Positions 36,882 to 46,978 of a stretch of 64,000 bases of DNA are shown one piece after another. The position numbers and the translations under genes were made by a program. The stretch covers positions 3,136,001-3,200,000 of the forward strand of contig CBDDIJ010000003.1 in NCBI GenBank assembly GCA_965228855.1, read 5' to 3'. The DNA comes from Candidatus Obscuribacterales bacterium (GTDB lineage Bacteria > Cyanobacteriota > Vampirovibrionia > Obscuribacterales > Obscuribacteraceae). Each line of letters opens with the position of its first letter. The stretch's first letter is position 1. The notes beneath the pieces are model-generated. The model was given only the letters and a program-made list of their open reading frames with translations, was not told where the DNA came from and searched no databases.

Positions 36882-38162
36882 ATGAAGTCGAACAGAAGAT
36901 TTTCAATCTCAAAGCGCACAGTGGCAAGCGCGCTCGTACTCAGTCAAATTCTTTGCCTGACACCACTGGCGGTGCTTGCTGCGGACGTCAGATTCGCAGG
37001 ACACCCTGTCATGACGAACATAGCCGGCTCGGGCTCAGAGTCAGCAGATGCAAGAGCTGAACAAGTTCAGCAAAACCTCGACAACGCTCTCGTCGCTGCC
37101 AAAGACCGCACTCCAGCTTCTGTCAACATAACGTATGTGAAAGGTCTGCCTGTCATTACTCTCGGTGGCTATCAAGTCATCACTGTGGATGCTGCCAGTG
37201 CGAAGGCGAACGGCACCACTCCTGCTGTTCTAGCTGGTAAGTGGGCAGACGGTTTGAGAAACTCGCTCAGAGATCAAGCAAGTGTTCAGAGCTATGTGTC
37301 ACAACTTTCCGGCGACTACGCAAGTAGCGCACCGCCTGTAGCCAACAACCCACCACCGCAGAGCGCTCCGCCTCAAGGTGGTAACGGCGAGTATTTCGGC
37401 AGCAACAACGGACAAGGACAGCCGACTCAATACGGTGCGTCAGCAACATACAACTATGCCTCACCTCAGGGTGGTCAGGGCGGATACGCCGCTCCTCAAG
37501 GCAACGTAGGATACAACCCACCTCAACGTGGATACAGACAGGGGCGCGTGGCCTACGCACCGGCCGGACTGGTTATCCCTGCACAGTTGAATACGTCGAT
37601 TGCGACTCAAGTTGCACGTCCTGGCGATATGATTCAAGCTGGCATTTCCCAAGCCGTTATCCTTGGAGACTCTCAAATTCCCGCTGGCTCAGTGCTTCTC
37701 GGTCAAGTTTCGGAAGCTAAAAAAGGCGGCTATCTTGGAATGTCAGGCAAATTAGAAATTCAATTCAATAGAATTAGAACTCCTGACGGCACCGAAACAC
37801 CAATCGTTGCGCATATCGTCGGTGGCATCGGTAAATACGATGACAAAGACGGCAATGGTGAGCTCGTAGGTGAGACCTGGAAAGGCAAGACCGTTCAAGC
37901 CGTCGGTAGAGGCGCAGTCGGAGCCGGTGTAGGAGCTGCACTCGGCACCGCAGTTGGTGCAATCGCGGGCGGCAGAGGTGGCGTTGGAAGAGGCGCCTGG
38001 TCTGGCACCGCCATTGGTGGCGGCGCCGGTGTCGCACAGAGCTTGCTCTTGCGTAAAGGCAAAGACGTGACCATCCCGTCCGGAACGCCCCTGCAAATTC
38101 AACTTGACGCCCCATCATCCATCGCCGGAGCCGGACCTGGTCCATACGTCGGAGCCTACTAA
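36882..38162 (+). CDS. Secreted protein with TrbI/VirB10-like beta domain and glycine zipper
   Basis: Signal peptide; 'IPAGSVLLGQV...GKLEIQFNRIRTPDG', Gly-zipper helices, 'KGKDVTIPSGT'. Confidence 0.7.
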   Translation: MKSNRRFSISKRTVASALVLSQILCLTPLAVLAADVRFAGHPVMTNIAGSGSESADARAEQVQQNLDNALVAAKDRTPASVNITYVKGLPVITLGGYQVITVDAASAKANGTTPAVLAGKWADGLRNSLRDQASVQSYVSQLSGDYASSAPPVANNPPPQSAPPQGGNGEYFGSNNGQGQPTQYGASATYNYASPQGGQGGYAAPQGNVGYNPPQRGYRQGRVAYAPAGLVIPAQLNTSIATQVARPGDMIQAGISQAVILGDSQIPAGSVLLGQVSEAKKGGYLGMSGKLEIQFNRIRTPDGTETPIVAHIVGGIGKYDDKDGNGELVGETWKGKTVQAVGRGAVGAGVGAALGTAVGAIAGGRGGVGRGAWSGTAIGGGAGVAQSLLLRKGKDVTIPSGTPLQIQLDAPSSIAGAGPGPYVGAY

Positions 38163-38395
38163 TAGATGGTCTGACTTAACAGTCAGTCCCAGAGCCTTTC
38201 GGGTCAAAGTTCCATTAGAGACTTTGAGAGATTCTTTCGCAAACAACAGGATTTCTGACCGCTGCTCGCCGGCAAGCTGTTACACATCAGCGCGTCATCT
38301 TCAGCAACCTGAATGCTCAATCGACTAATAAGCCAGCAGGCAATTTGGTTGAGCTAAAAGGTCCAATTGCGTCAAGTCCTACTGAACTCGATGAG

Positions 38396-38432
38396 AAACG
38401 CGCAGCCCTGTCGGACTGCGCGTTTGATTTTT
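38396..38432. terminator. Hairpin terminator between convergent genes, probably bidirectional
   Basis: AAACGCGCAG...CTGCGCGTTT 10-bp stem followed by a T-rich tract. Confidence 0.75.
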
Positions 38433-38477
38433 CAGGTCGTTGCAGAATTCATCTGTGCTTAGAAAAGCCCTTCTGAA

Positions 38478-40184
38478 CTATTTCTTCTTCGACTTCGACT
38501 TTTTCTCTTTGGGCTCGGTCAACACCTGACCACGAACCTTCGCGCTGGATCCAGGCATGATGGATGCTTCGGAGCGCGCCTCGCCGGTGAATTCTTGTTT
38601 GAGCTCAACAAGGAATTCGTCGCCCGGTTTGATGATGCATTCCTGACCTTTGGTGACAGTGTCTTCGATAATCCAGCTACCCGGAACGCCGCTCAAGAAG
38701 CCCCAAGCGAAGCCTTTGATTCGACGGTGACGAACGTTGGTACCAACTGGTTTCATGAACGCGAATGACGGGTTCACCGCACCAATAACACCGAGAGCGA
38801 CTGGCATAGCGCCGAAACTGAATACACCAGCCGGAGCAAGTGCGAAGTTCAATCCAACGCGGATAGCTTTGTACTTCAACTGTTGTCCCCACGGTCCGAC
38901 GATTTGACCCTCGTCGTTAACACCGAGCTCGCGGCCTTCAGCTTTGTTTCTTACGATACGCGACTTACGAGCAGGTTTTGCGTTAAGCGCAATGTGCTCT
39001 TTCTTGCTGTTGATGATTTCGTCGAAAGTGATACCAATTACGCCGGAATTTTTATACCAGCGTTTTGGAGTTACCAACGAGTGCATGACGGAGCGAGCAG
39101 GCAAGTTGTAGTTGATGTGACCGGTTACTAGCGCGCCTTTTTCAGCGACTAAACGATCGCCGATCTTGAGGTCGTACTTCAGACGAGCTTGAAGCGTGTC
39201 ACCCTTCTTGTTGTTCTTACTGTTCAACTGCGACGACATGACGACCGGAAATTGAGCACCGGAGACGATCTTCGTTTTGCCGTCGTCGGTCGGAAGTTCC
39301 TCATAAGGAATCGTCTCGGTCTCTACGGCTTCGTCATTGTCGATAACGATAACTTCGCCGAGAGTCTCGCGAACGCCTTGTTCTACGAAGCCATGCTCGA
39401 GAAGAGCGACTTCGCCGTCACCATTGTCTCCGATGAATCCACCGATGCCGTCTTTATTGACGCGCTCGCCATCAGCGCGAACTTCAGCTGGCTCACTGAC
39501 AATTGGTGTCTTCTCGGCGATTTGCTTGTTCGGCTCCTCTTGAGGAGTGGCGGCTGTTTCAGTTCCTGCAGCCGATTCCGTTGAAGCTCCAGGAATTGGT
39601 GAAGCGTCGGTGGCCGGTTTCGTTTCGGTTGAAACTTCAGGTACGTCAGACTGTACTGAAGGAACGCTCGCAGTGGGAGATACTACTGGCGCGCTCGGCG
39701 CAGGTTCTGAAGGAGAAGCAACCGGCGTGCCTGTCGCGGTCGTCGCTGATGCTGTCGGGGAAACAGCAGGCGTGACTGGCGCATTGGCGGTCGGTGTCTC
39801 TACTTCAAGAGGCGAATCACCAGCGGCATGCGCTTCTGTTTTGGCACCGGATGCGGTTTCTCTAACCTCTTCGGGTGTGCTCTTCAGCGCATTCTCAGAG
39901 CTATTAATGAGATCGTTGGCGGCGCTTTCCCAACCACTCGGATTTTCGTCCGCTGGCTCATGCAAAGAATGTTCCGACGCTGTGTCAGAGATGACTCTGC
40001 TAACCGCATCGGCTGTCTGATCGGCAGAACCTGATGTTACAGCTGAATCCAGAGTGGTATTGTCCGCTGCAACCGCCTGTAGTGGCATCGCGAAACTTGA
40101 CAGTAAAAACTGCACGGATAAAAACAACCGCAACCAGGTTGCTTTAGTAAGTTTCTTTTTGGAATGGAAAGTATGCGACCGCAT
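38478..40184 (-). CDS. Secreted protein with disordered N-terminus and TrbI/VirB10-like C-terminal domain
   Basis: Signal peptide, Pro/Ala/Thr-rich arm, 'SQLNSKNNKKGD...KGALVTGHI...GITFDEI...GQECIIKPGD'; GGGGA before ATG 40184. Confidence 0.65.
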   Translation of the reverse strand: MRSHTFHSKKKLTKATWLRLFLSVQFLLSSFAMPLQAVAADNTTLDSAVTSGSADQTADAVSRVISDTASEHSLHEPADENPSGWESAANDLINSSENALKSTPEEVRETASGAKTEAHAAGDSPLEVETPTANAPVTPAVSPTASATTATGTPVASPSEPAPSAPVVSPTASVPSVQSDVPEVSTETKPATDASPIPGASTESAAGTETAATPQEEPNKQIAEKTPIVSEPAEVRADGERVNKDGIGGFIGDNGDGEVALLEHGFVEQGVRETLGEVIVIDNDEAVETETIPYEELPTDDGKTKIVSGAQFPVVMSSQLNSKNNKKGDTLQARLKYDLKIGDRLVAEKGALVTGHINYNLPARSVMHSLVTPKRWYKNSGVIGITFDEIINSKKEHIALNAKPARKSRIVRNKAEGRELGVNDEGQIVGPWGQQLKYKAIRVGLNFALAPAGVFSFGAMPVALGVIGAVNPSFAFMKPVGTNVRHRRIKGFAWGFLSGVPGSWIIEDTVTKGQECIIKPGDEFLVELKQEFTGEARSEASIMPGSSAKVRGQVLTEPKEKKSKSKKK

Positions 40185-40447
40185 GAAAAGTTCCCCGATA
40201 AGTTCGTTAGATCGAAAACCGCCAGTAGTACCACTTGACTTCAAATCGTGGTACCGAAGGTCGCTATTGTACCGCATTCCCTAAATTACTCGCATCTTGA
40301 GAACCTGCTTGAAAAGCAGGTCTTATGCTCGCAATGACCGGTCGCGAGCAAGGCTTGCAAGAAGTTCATTGAAGGAAATGACAACTTCTGTAACGCAGCA
40401 TTTATGAGCATATCGACTGCATATCAGAATGTAAGCAGCAAGGCTCG

Positions 40448-40576
40448 TTTCAAAGTGGCGGGCAAGTCAGTTCCAAAGTGGCGAAAGTTTCGAGCTCGGA
40501 GCGTCTTCCAAAGTGGAGTAAGTTTCATCTCAAACGGCTACGAGTACCCACCAAATGGTATACCGCTCGTTTCAAC
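40448..40576. repeat. Degenerate direct repeats of about 22 bp (core CAAAGTGG) downstream of rpoD
   Basis: CAAAGTGG at 40451, 40474 and 40509; CAAACGG at 40531; CAAATGG at 40552. Confidence 0.5.
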
Positions 40577-40606
40577 GTACCGCACGCTTGACCGCGAAGC
40601 CGGACT

Positions 40607-41701
40607 TTAATCGTCGTCTTCGTCCATGTATTCGCGTAATCGTCGAGAACGTCCAGGATGACGCAGTTTTCGCAAGGCCTTTGCCTCGATCTGACGAACG
40701 CGTTCTCTCGTGACCCCGAAGAGCTGGCCTACTTCTTCAAGAGTTCTGGTCCTTCCGTCATCCAGACCGAACCGCAGACGTAGCACGTCGCGCTCGCGCG
40801 GACCAAGCCCCGCCATTACTTCAATAATTTCTTCACGCAGCATCTTTTGAGTGACATTCGCCGAAGGCGTCTTCGCATCAGTGTCTTCGACGAAGTCACC
40901 AATATTGCTGTCTTCCTCTTTACCGACTGGTGTCTCAAGCGAAATCGGCTCTTGCGCAATCTTTTGAATCTCGCGCAAACGAGCAACGGTAATCTCCATG
41001 GAGGCGGCGACCTCTTCTTCCGTGGGCTTGCGACCGAGATCTTGAGAAAGCTTGCGTTGTGCCTTTTTGAGTTTATTGATGGTTTCAATCATGTGCACGG
41101 GAATGCGGATTGTCCGTGCCTGGTCAGCAATTGCGCGCGTGATCGCCTGGCGAATCCACCAGGTCGCGTAGGTGCTGAATTTAAAACCACGTTGATAATC
41201 GAATTTGTCGGAGGCGCGCATTAGACCAAGATTTCCTTCCTGGATCAAATCGAGAAACTGCATGCCACGACCCAAATATTTTTTCGCAATCGAGACTACA
41301 AGCCGCAAATTAGCTCTGACCAGGTTGCGTTTCGCCATGGCACCGGTGGCTCCACCCATCTCAATCGCGCGAGCCAACTCGATTTCTTGAGTCGCCGTCA
41401 AAAGCGGTATCGAACCTATTTCGCGAAGATACAGTCGGACAGGGTCGTCAGCAGTGATCGAAGCTGGAACTTCCTCGGCTTTGGATGTATCGACCTCTTC
41501 TTCGAGTTCGTCCACCTTAGGTTCAGGATCGTCCAGGCGCCCTTCCCAGTCTTCTTGCTCGACAGGAAATTCGCCGGCCGAACCGCGCCGGGGCGCATCA
41601 TAATCGACAGGCTCCCCGCGCTTTCGTCCCTCGCCCTTTTTTCGGCCGTTTTTGACTACAGGCTCTTTCCCTTTAACGTTCGCGGTCTTATTTTCGTCCA
41701 T
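40607..41701 (-). CDS. rpoD: Primary (group 1-like) sigma-70 factor
   Basis: '[11 protein letters not shown]', '[13 protein letters not shown]', '[30 protein letters not shown]', '[19 protein letters not shown]'. Confidence 0.95.
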   Translation of the reverse strand: MDENKTANVKGKEPVVKNGRKKGEGRKRGEPVDYDAPRRGSAGEFPVEQEDWEGRLDDPEPKVDELEEEVDTSKAEEVPASITADDPVRLYLREIGSIPLLTATQEIELARAIEMGGATGAMAKRNLVRANLRLVVSIAKKYLGRGMQFLDLIQEGNLGLMRASDKFDYQRGFKFSTYATWWIRQAITRAIADQARTIRIPVHMIETINKLKKAQRKLSQDLGRKPTEEEVAASMEITVARLREIQKIAQEPISLETPVGKEEDSNIGDFVEDTDAKTPSANVTQKMLREEIIEVMAGLGPRERDVLRLRFGLDDGRTRTLEEVGQLFGVTRERVRQIEAKALRKLRHPGRSRRLREYMDEDDD

Positions 41702-41821
41702 CTAAAGCAGTCCCAATAAACAGGCAGCAAAAGTTCGCCACTCAAAAAAGTTATGCCCGCTCTCCAATCACCCGACACGCTTTGACAACATCACGCAACA
41801 GACTGCAAACACTGAGTCCGA

Positions 41822-41856
41822 TAAAGAAAGCCCGGCAACCAAACGGTCACCGGGCT
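41822..41856 (-). terminator. Rho-independent terminator after the TPR-CHAT gene
   Basis: Minus strand AGCCCGGUGACC-GUUU-GGUUGCCGGGCU followed by UUCUUUAU. Confidence 0.7.
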
Positions 41857-41932
41857 GGAGTTTTGCGTTGTCACGAGCTTTTGCTTCCTGACAGGCTCTC
41901 GCTTTTGCATTGCGGCGAGGCTCTCAGTCAGA

Positions 41933-44900
41933 CTACATACCCGCGCCAAGAAGCTGGAATGCGGCCCAGGCTTTCGGATTACGGTCTGCTCTCAGGGCCA
42001 GGAGTTGAGCCTGACGGAGCGCAATAGCATCGTTCATGCCGTTCTTCTTGTTTTTGTAGAAGTTAGCAATCTCGTTGGATCTTGTGTCGCAAGGTTCGTT
42101 CCACAAGCTCATCATCACATTACGTGCGCCGGCGTAGTTGAGCCCGCGGCTGACGACTTGGACAGCTTTGCCGTTTTGCTCCTTGCCTTTGATGGAGGTG
42201 CCGGAAAGCACGACCAGGTCATTCGGAATCGACAAGCAAAAGAGACCGCCAGCGGTATTGTCCTTGGTTTCCTCAGACTGCCCCTTAGCGAAGGGCAGTT
42301 TTGCGGTCACCGGATTATCGTCCGACAGAGGCAAATTTGTGGAGAGGTGTAAGACGGCTTTATCTTGCGAAACCCTTTGCAGCTCTTGCAAATCAGTTGC
42401 TTGAGCAGAGAGAGTCGCGATCGGTTCCGGCTCCATGGCGTTCAATATATTGTTTGATTCAGCCTGATCGTTAGCGCTGCCGTCTTGAGCAACGAGAACA
42501 GTCAAACGGTTTCCGCTCGGAAGCGGTCCGTCGATGATCGCGCCCATTGATGTTGCAAGGCTCAACAGGTGGTTTTCGATGAAATATTTTCCAGTCTCAT
42601 CGATCAAAGCAGCGAAGGGCAGATTGAACAGCACCGAATCCGGTATCACTACAATCGGCTTGTCCGGTGTGCTTGGAACAAAATCGAGCACGGCTTTCGG
42701 CAATAACTGTTTATACAATTGCTGCAAAGCTATGCGGTCAGGGCTTTCGCCCCCTTCAGGCACAGCGCCCGCGTTGGCCAGGAGCGGCGCGATCTGACTG
42801 GCAAGACGCTCTTCGCCAATTGGAAGCACCGTTGCCGAGATTCTACCGATCGGATCGATCGTAAAAGCGACGCTTGACTTATCGCCCACCATGTACTCGA
42901 TGACAGTGACTCGCTTCTTACGAACGCCATTGATGATGTCTTCGGCAGTTGTCGGATACGGAGCGATTAAACGCGCCAGTGATTTATTCTTGTGCGCGAG
43001 TTCTGAGAAGCGCGCCAACCAGCTCTTCCACTCTTCGGTCAACTTATTGGGAGTGGTGGAATTCTCAGCGGCGTGAAGGTGAGCTCTTTGATTCACGAGG
43101 TCGGTGTAGACATCACGATCTTCAGCCTTAACCGGACAGCTCTTACGAATCCATGTGTTGATGATTTGCTCCTCTTTCAATTGCTCCGCTGCAATCAGAG
43201 CTTTCTCGGTCATGCCTTGCGACGCAACCAGAGCAATCAATTGATGTCCGAGAGCCTTTCGTGGGCTTACGAACTGGAAGCTCTCAACCAGCGGGAACGA
43301 ACCTGCTTGAGGAGAACGGAAGTGAGATTGTGCGTTTTCGAGCGCGATCTTCGCCTTCTCGTCTTCACGCTGACCCAATTCGAGCTGGGCAAGAATTGTG
43401 TACGCTCTCCAGAGAGAAGCATCATCAGCCAGTTTAATCCCTAGCTCGATCGCTTTTTCTGTGTAGTCTCTGGCGAGCACCGGATCTGCCATCTTCAGCG
43501 AAACTTCGCCAAGTGACGTCAGCGTGCGCAGCACAATAAGCGGATGATGTTGTCTGACTTTTTGATCGCGTTCAGCAATCGCCATGATTGACTTCAAATG
43601 CGTAGCGGCTTCGCGATACTTACCGCCGGCGAATTCCGCAGCTGCCATGTTCTGCAACAACATGTATTGCATTCTCGGCTGAGAAGGCTTAACCATGTTT
43701 TGCGCGTCTACGGCGCGCTGGAAGTAAGGAAGTGCTTTGTAAGGCTCTCCGCGATTCGCAACCAGAATACCGAGTGCGTTCAAGCACTCGGTTTGTGCGT
43801 AATACTTCGAATTGCGCTCGAAATAAGGAATGATGCTCTTGAGCATTTTCTCCGCTCTGTCACTCTCGCCGGTAGCGATGAGCGAGAATGAATATCCCAT
43901 CAACAAGTTGGCTTTGCCTTCTTTGCCGAGGATTTTCTCATCCATCTTTCCGCCAAGCTTGTAGGCTTGTTCGTAGCTCTCCAGAGCGTCATTGTACTCA
44001 CCAAGCACGTACTGAGTGTTGGCGTAACTCGCCAGGGCGGAAACCATCGCTCGATCGTTTTTAACATTCTTAGCGATGACTACAGCCTTTTGAGCTTCTT
44101 CTTTTGCTGCGACGTACAAACCAACTTCATTCATCAACGTGGCAATCTTGCTGTGCAACGAGAGTGCCGTCGGCATATCCTTTGCTTCTTCGCAGTATTT
44201 TGCACTCTCTTGCAGGAAGCGGATCGCATCAAGTGTTTTTCCAAACTGCAAAAGCAATCCGCCGGAGAGGCGCATCAAATTTGCCGCTTCGACCGGATCG
44301 TTCTTCGGTTGTTCGATCAAGTGCTTCATTGCCAGCTCAAGCTGTTTTACAGCCCAGGTTGGGTTTTCCAAACCGAAATACGCTTGCGCGAGCGCGATAC
44401 GGGCTCGTCCGAGGTTGGTCTGGTCGTTCATACCGGAGAGGACTTCGATTGCGTTTTCGCCGAGCTGTTTAGCCTTGACCCATTTGCCTTGAGACAAATA
44501 GATTTTGCACATTCCGGTCAGCGCGCGACCTTGACCTGTCCCGTACTTCATCTCGATGGACATGCCATAGGCTTCCTGCCATTTGAGAAGTGCGTCGCTG
44601 TTCCGTCCTTGCTTAAATAACTTTTCGGCTTCATCATCCAGCCGTCTGACTTTACTTTCATTTTCCGGAGTAGCCTGGAGTTCTGCGTACTTGGTTACTT
44701 CTCTCAGTGCTTCCGGTTTCACTTCTTTCAAACGAGCTTGATTGAGCTGCCCCGAGCTCTCAGCAGCGCGCTTGAGAGCTGCAGCTCGGTTCGCTTTGGC
44801 TCTAGCGACAGCTTCGGCGGAGGTTCCGTGTCCAGCAGATGGGGTTTCAATAGGCGCAGCTTCTGGTTCCCCGTCGAGGAAATTCTCCTGGGCTACAGCA

Positions 44901-44971
44901 CCACCTGCGGTGCTGGTAAGCCACAACATTGCAGCCAATCCAATAACGCTTTGATTACGGCTTTTAATCAT
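41933..44971 (-). CDS. Secreted TPR-CHAT domain protein with degenerate catalytic dyad
   Basis: Signal peptide and long TPR array; CHAT hallmarks 'VIPDSVLFNLPFAAL', 'GARNVMMSLW', 'ALRQAQL', 'WAAFQLLG'. Start set at ATG 44971. Confidence 0.88.
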   Translation of the reverse strand: MIKSRNQSVIGLAAMLWLTSTAGGAVAQENFLDGEPEAAPIETPSAGHGTSAEAVARAKANRAAALKRAAESSGQLNQARLKEVKPEALREVTKYAELQATPENESKVRRLDDEAEKLFKQGRNSDALLKWQEAYGMSIEMKYGTGQGRALTGMCKIYLSQGKWVKAKQLGENAIEVLSGMNDQTNLGRARIALAQAYFGLENPTWAVKQLELAMKHLIEQPKNDPVEAANLMRLSGGLLLQFGKTLDAIRFLQESAKYCEEAKDMPTALSLHSKIATLMNEVGLYVAAKEEAQKAVVIAKNVKNDRAMVSALASYANTQYVLGEYNDALESYEQAYKLGGKMDEKILGKEGKANLLMGYSFSLIATGESDRAEKMLKSIIPYFERNSKYYAQTECLNALGILVANRGEPYKALPYFQRAVDAQNMVKPSQPRMQYMLLQNMAAAEFAGGKYREAATHLKSIMAIAERDQKVRQHHPLIVLRTLTSLGEVSLKMADPVLARDYTEKAIELGIKLADDASLWRAYTILAQLELGQREDEKAKIALENAQSHFRSPQAGSFPLVESFQFVSPRKALGHQLIALVASQGMTEKALIAAEQLKEEQIINTWIRKSCPVKAEDRDVYTDLVNQRAHLHAAENSTTPNKLTEEWKSWLARFSELAHKNKSLARLIAPYPTTAEDIINGVRKKRVTVIEYMVGDKSSVAFTIDPIGRISATVLPIGEERLASQIAPLLANAGAVPEGGESPDRIALQQLYKQLLPKAVLDFVPSTPDKPIVVIPDSVLFNLPFAALIDETGKYFIENHLLSLATSMGAIIDGPLPSGNRLTVLVAQDGSANDQAESNNILNAMEPEPIATLSAQATDLQELQRVSQDKAVLHLSTNLPLSDDNPVTAKLPFAKGQSEETKDNTAGGLFCLSIPNDLVVLSGTSIKGKEQNGKAVQVVSRGLNYAGARNVMMSLWNEPCDTRSNEIANFYKNKKNGMNDAIALRQAQLLALRADRNPKAWAAFQLLGAGM

Positions 44972-45307
44972 AGTCTTCCACTTGAAAAGGTACTTGAACT
45001 GTCCCGGTGGTCTGGGTGCTTTGAGCGAATAGCACCGGGCAAATTTGCAGTGTGTCCGAAACCACGAAAACTGGCTTCGCACATTACCTAAGCTTAGGCA
45101 ATCAGCGACCAATTTTCCTGGTGTTTTAGCTTCCTTTCAACCCACATGGGCAAATCTTAAGGTTGCTGAGAGCTAGTAGAAACGACGAATCTCCCCGTCC
45201 GGTTGCACCTGTGGTCAAGAGCGCCCAGCATTAGAAAAACGAAACCTATAAGGGTTGTTTATTACTATTTGACGCGCGCCATAATAAGGTAAACAGAATC
45301 TCAGATT

Positions 45308-46972
45308 ATGCAAAAACGAAGCGAAGCCCTGGCTGCCCTACGAGACACTACATTCGACGTTGCCGTAATTGGCGGCGGGGTAGTAGGGGCGGGCATTGCG
45401 CAAAATGCGGCGTCTCGAGGTTTGTCCGTAATCCTTATAGACAAAAGTGACTTCTCGTCCGGCACATCCAGCAAGACGACAAAATTGATTCACGGCGGGC
45501 TGCGTTATCTCGAACAATTTCAATTCAGACTGACTCAAGAGCTTTGCCACGAGCGCGCGTTGCTGGAGCAACTGGCGCCCCATCTTGTCAAGGACTTCAG
45601 TTTTGTCCTGCCTATAAGGGACAACAACCAGACGTTCGGACTCAAAGCGCAGCTCGGTCTCACGCTGTACGACTTGCTTGCCCTCCACGTTACGGGCGCA
45701 AGGCGCCATCAACGACTTAAACAGAAAGAAGTAGTCGGTGCAGCACCATCACTGGCTACAGCCAAGGTTAAAGGTGGCTTGCGCTTCCACGACTGCATCA
45801 CGGACGATTCCAGAATCGTCATGGAAGTGATCAAGTCGGCTGAAAAACTCGGCGCCGTAGCGATCAACTATCTCTCTGCAAACGGTTTCGAATTCGAGAA
45901 CGACCGCGTATCCGGCATCCACTGCCGCGACCGCTTCAGCGGGCAGGATATAAAAATATCGTGCCACACATGCGTGAACGCCACAGGTGTCTGGTCAGAC
46001 GGGCTGATGGAAAAACTCGACCCGACCTGGCGACCAAAGGTTTTGCCGGCAAAGGGCATTCATATAATGATACCGAGCTCCGCATTTGATACCAACTCTC
46101 CGCTGTTTCTACCGGCAGCGGACGGTCGATACGTATTCGTCATACCATGGCAAAGAGCGCTAATGATCGGCACTACCGATACAAAATACGATGGACCGCT
46201 GGACAATCCAACCGCGACCGAAGAAGAAATCAACTATCTACTCGATGTGGTGAATTCTTATGGACGGGAAGATCGGAAGTTAAACCGCAATCACGTTATC
46301 GCCTCATGGGCTGGACTCAGACCGCTGGTGGCGTCAAGTGAAGCGGGCGCCGCAGATACGAAAACGATATCGCGCGAGCACGTTCTTTTCGAAGGTAAAG
46401 GTGGCGTGGTCGGTTTGATTGGCGGAAAGTTGACAAACTATCGACTACTGGCAGATGAAACGGTCGACCGCCTGGTCTCAAAACTTCCGCAACAATCTTT
46501 TGCGAAACTGAAACCACCCACCACCGACAAAGTAATGCTCGGCGGATGGACAGACAAAGATGACTATTTGACGTCGTCTGCAGAGATTTCGGCGAGAGCC
46601 AGACGCTCCTCCATAGAACCGGGGACTATCGATCATCTACTAGCGAGCTACGGCAAGGATGCATTGCAGATCATCGAACTTGTCGAGAAAGACTCCTACC
46701 TTAACAAGAGAGTCTGTCCTGATTTTCCGCCGATCATGGCGGAAGTAGTCTTCTGTGTCAGGCACGAGATGGCGTTGTGCCTGGAAGACATTCTATTTAG
46801 AAGATTAAGGCTTGGACTGGTGCACCAGGGGCAGTGCATGCAATCGGCGGAGAAAGTTGCGCGCTGCGTGCAGGGGGTGCTCGGCTGGGATGAAGCCAGA
46901 ACCTCGGCGGAGCTCAAAGCAATAAGAGCAACTCTGGAAGATCATCTAGGACAGAAGCCTGTAACCCAATAG
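45308..46972 (+). CDS. glpD: FAD-dependent glycerol-3-phosphate dehydrogenase/oxidase
   Basis: 'IGGGVVGAG', 'GTSSKTTKLIHGGLRYL', 'AGLRPL', 'GGKLTNYR'. Confidence 0.93.
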   Translation: MQKRSEALAALRDTTFDVAVIGGGVVGAGIAQNAASRGLSVILIDKSDFSSGTSSKTTKLIHGGLRYLEQFQFRLTQELCHERALLEQLAPHLVKDFSFVLPIRDNNQTFGLKAQLGLTLYDLLALHVTGARRHQRLKQKEVVGAAPSLATAKVKGGLRFHDCITDDSRIVMEVIKSAEKLGAVAINYLSANGFEFENDRVSGIHCRDRFSGQDIKISCHTCVNATGVWSDGLMEKLDPTWRPKVLPAKGIHIMIPSSAFDTNSPLFLPAADGRYVFVIPWQRALMIGTTDTKYDGPLDNPTATEEEINYLLDVVNSYGREDRKLNRNHVIASWAGLRPLVASSEAGAADTKTISREHVLFEGKGGVVGLIGGKLTNYRLLADETVDRLVSKLPQQSFAKLKPPTTDKVMLGGWTDKDDYLTSSAEISARARRSSIEPGTIDHLLASYGKDALQIIELVEKDSYLNKRVCPDFPPIMAEVVFCVRHEMALCLEDILFRRLRLGLVHQGQCMQSAEKVARCVQGVLGWDEARTSAELKAIRATLEDHLGQKPVTQ

Positions 46973-46978
46973 ACATCT

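Noticed and set aside
40448..40576. CRISPR array
   Set aside because: Repeats are too short and degenerate, and the period of about 22 bp leaves no room for spacers.
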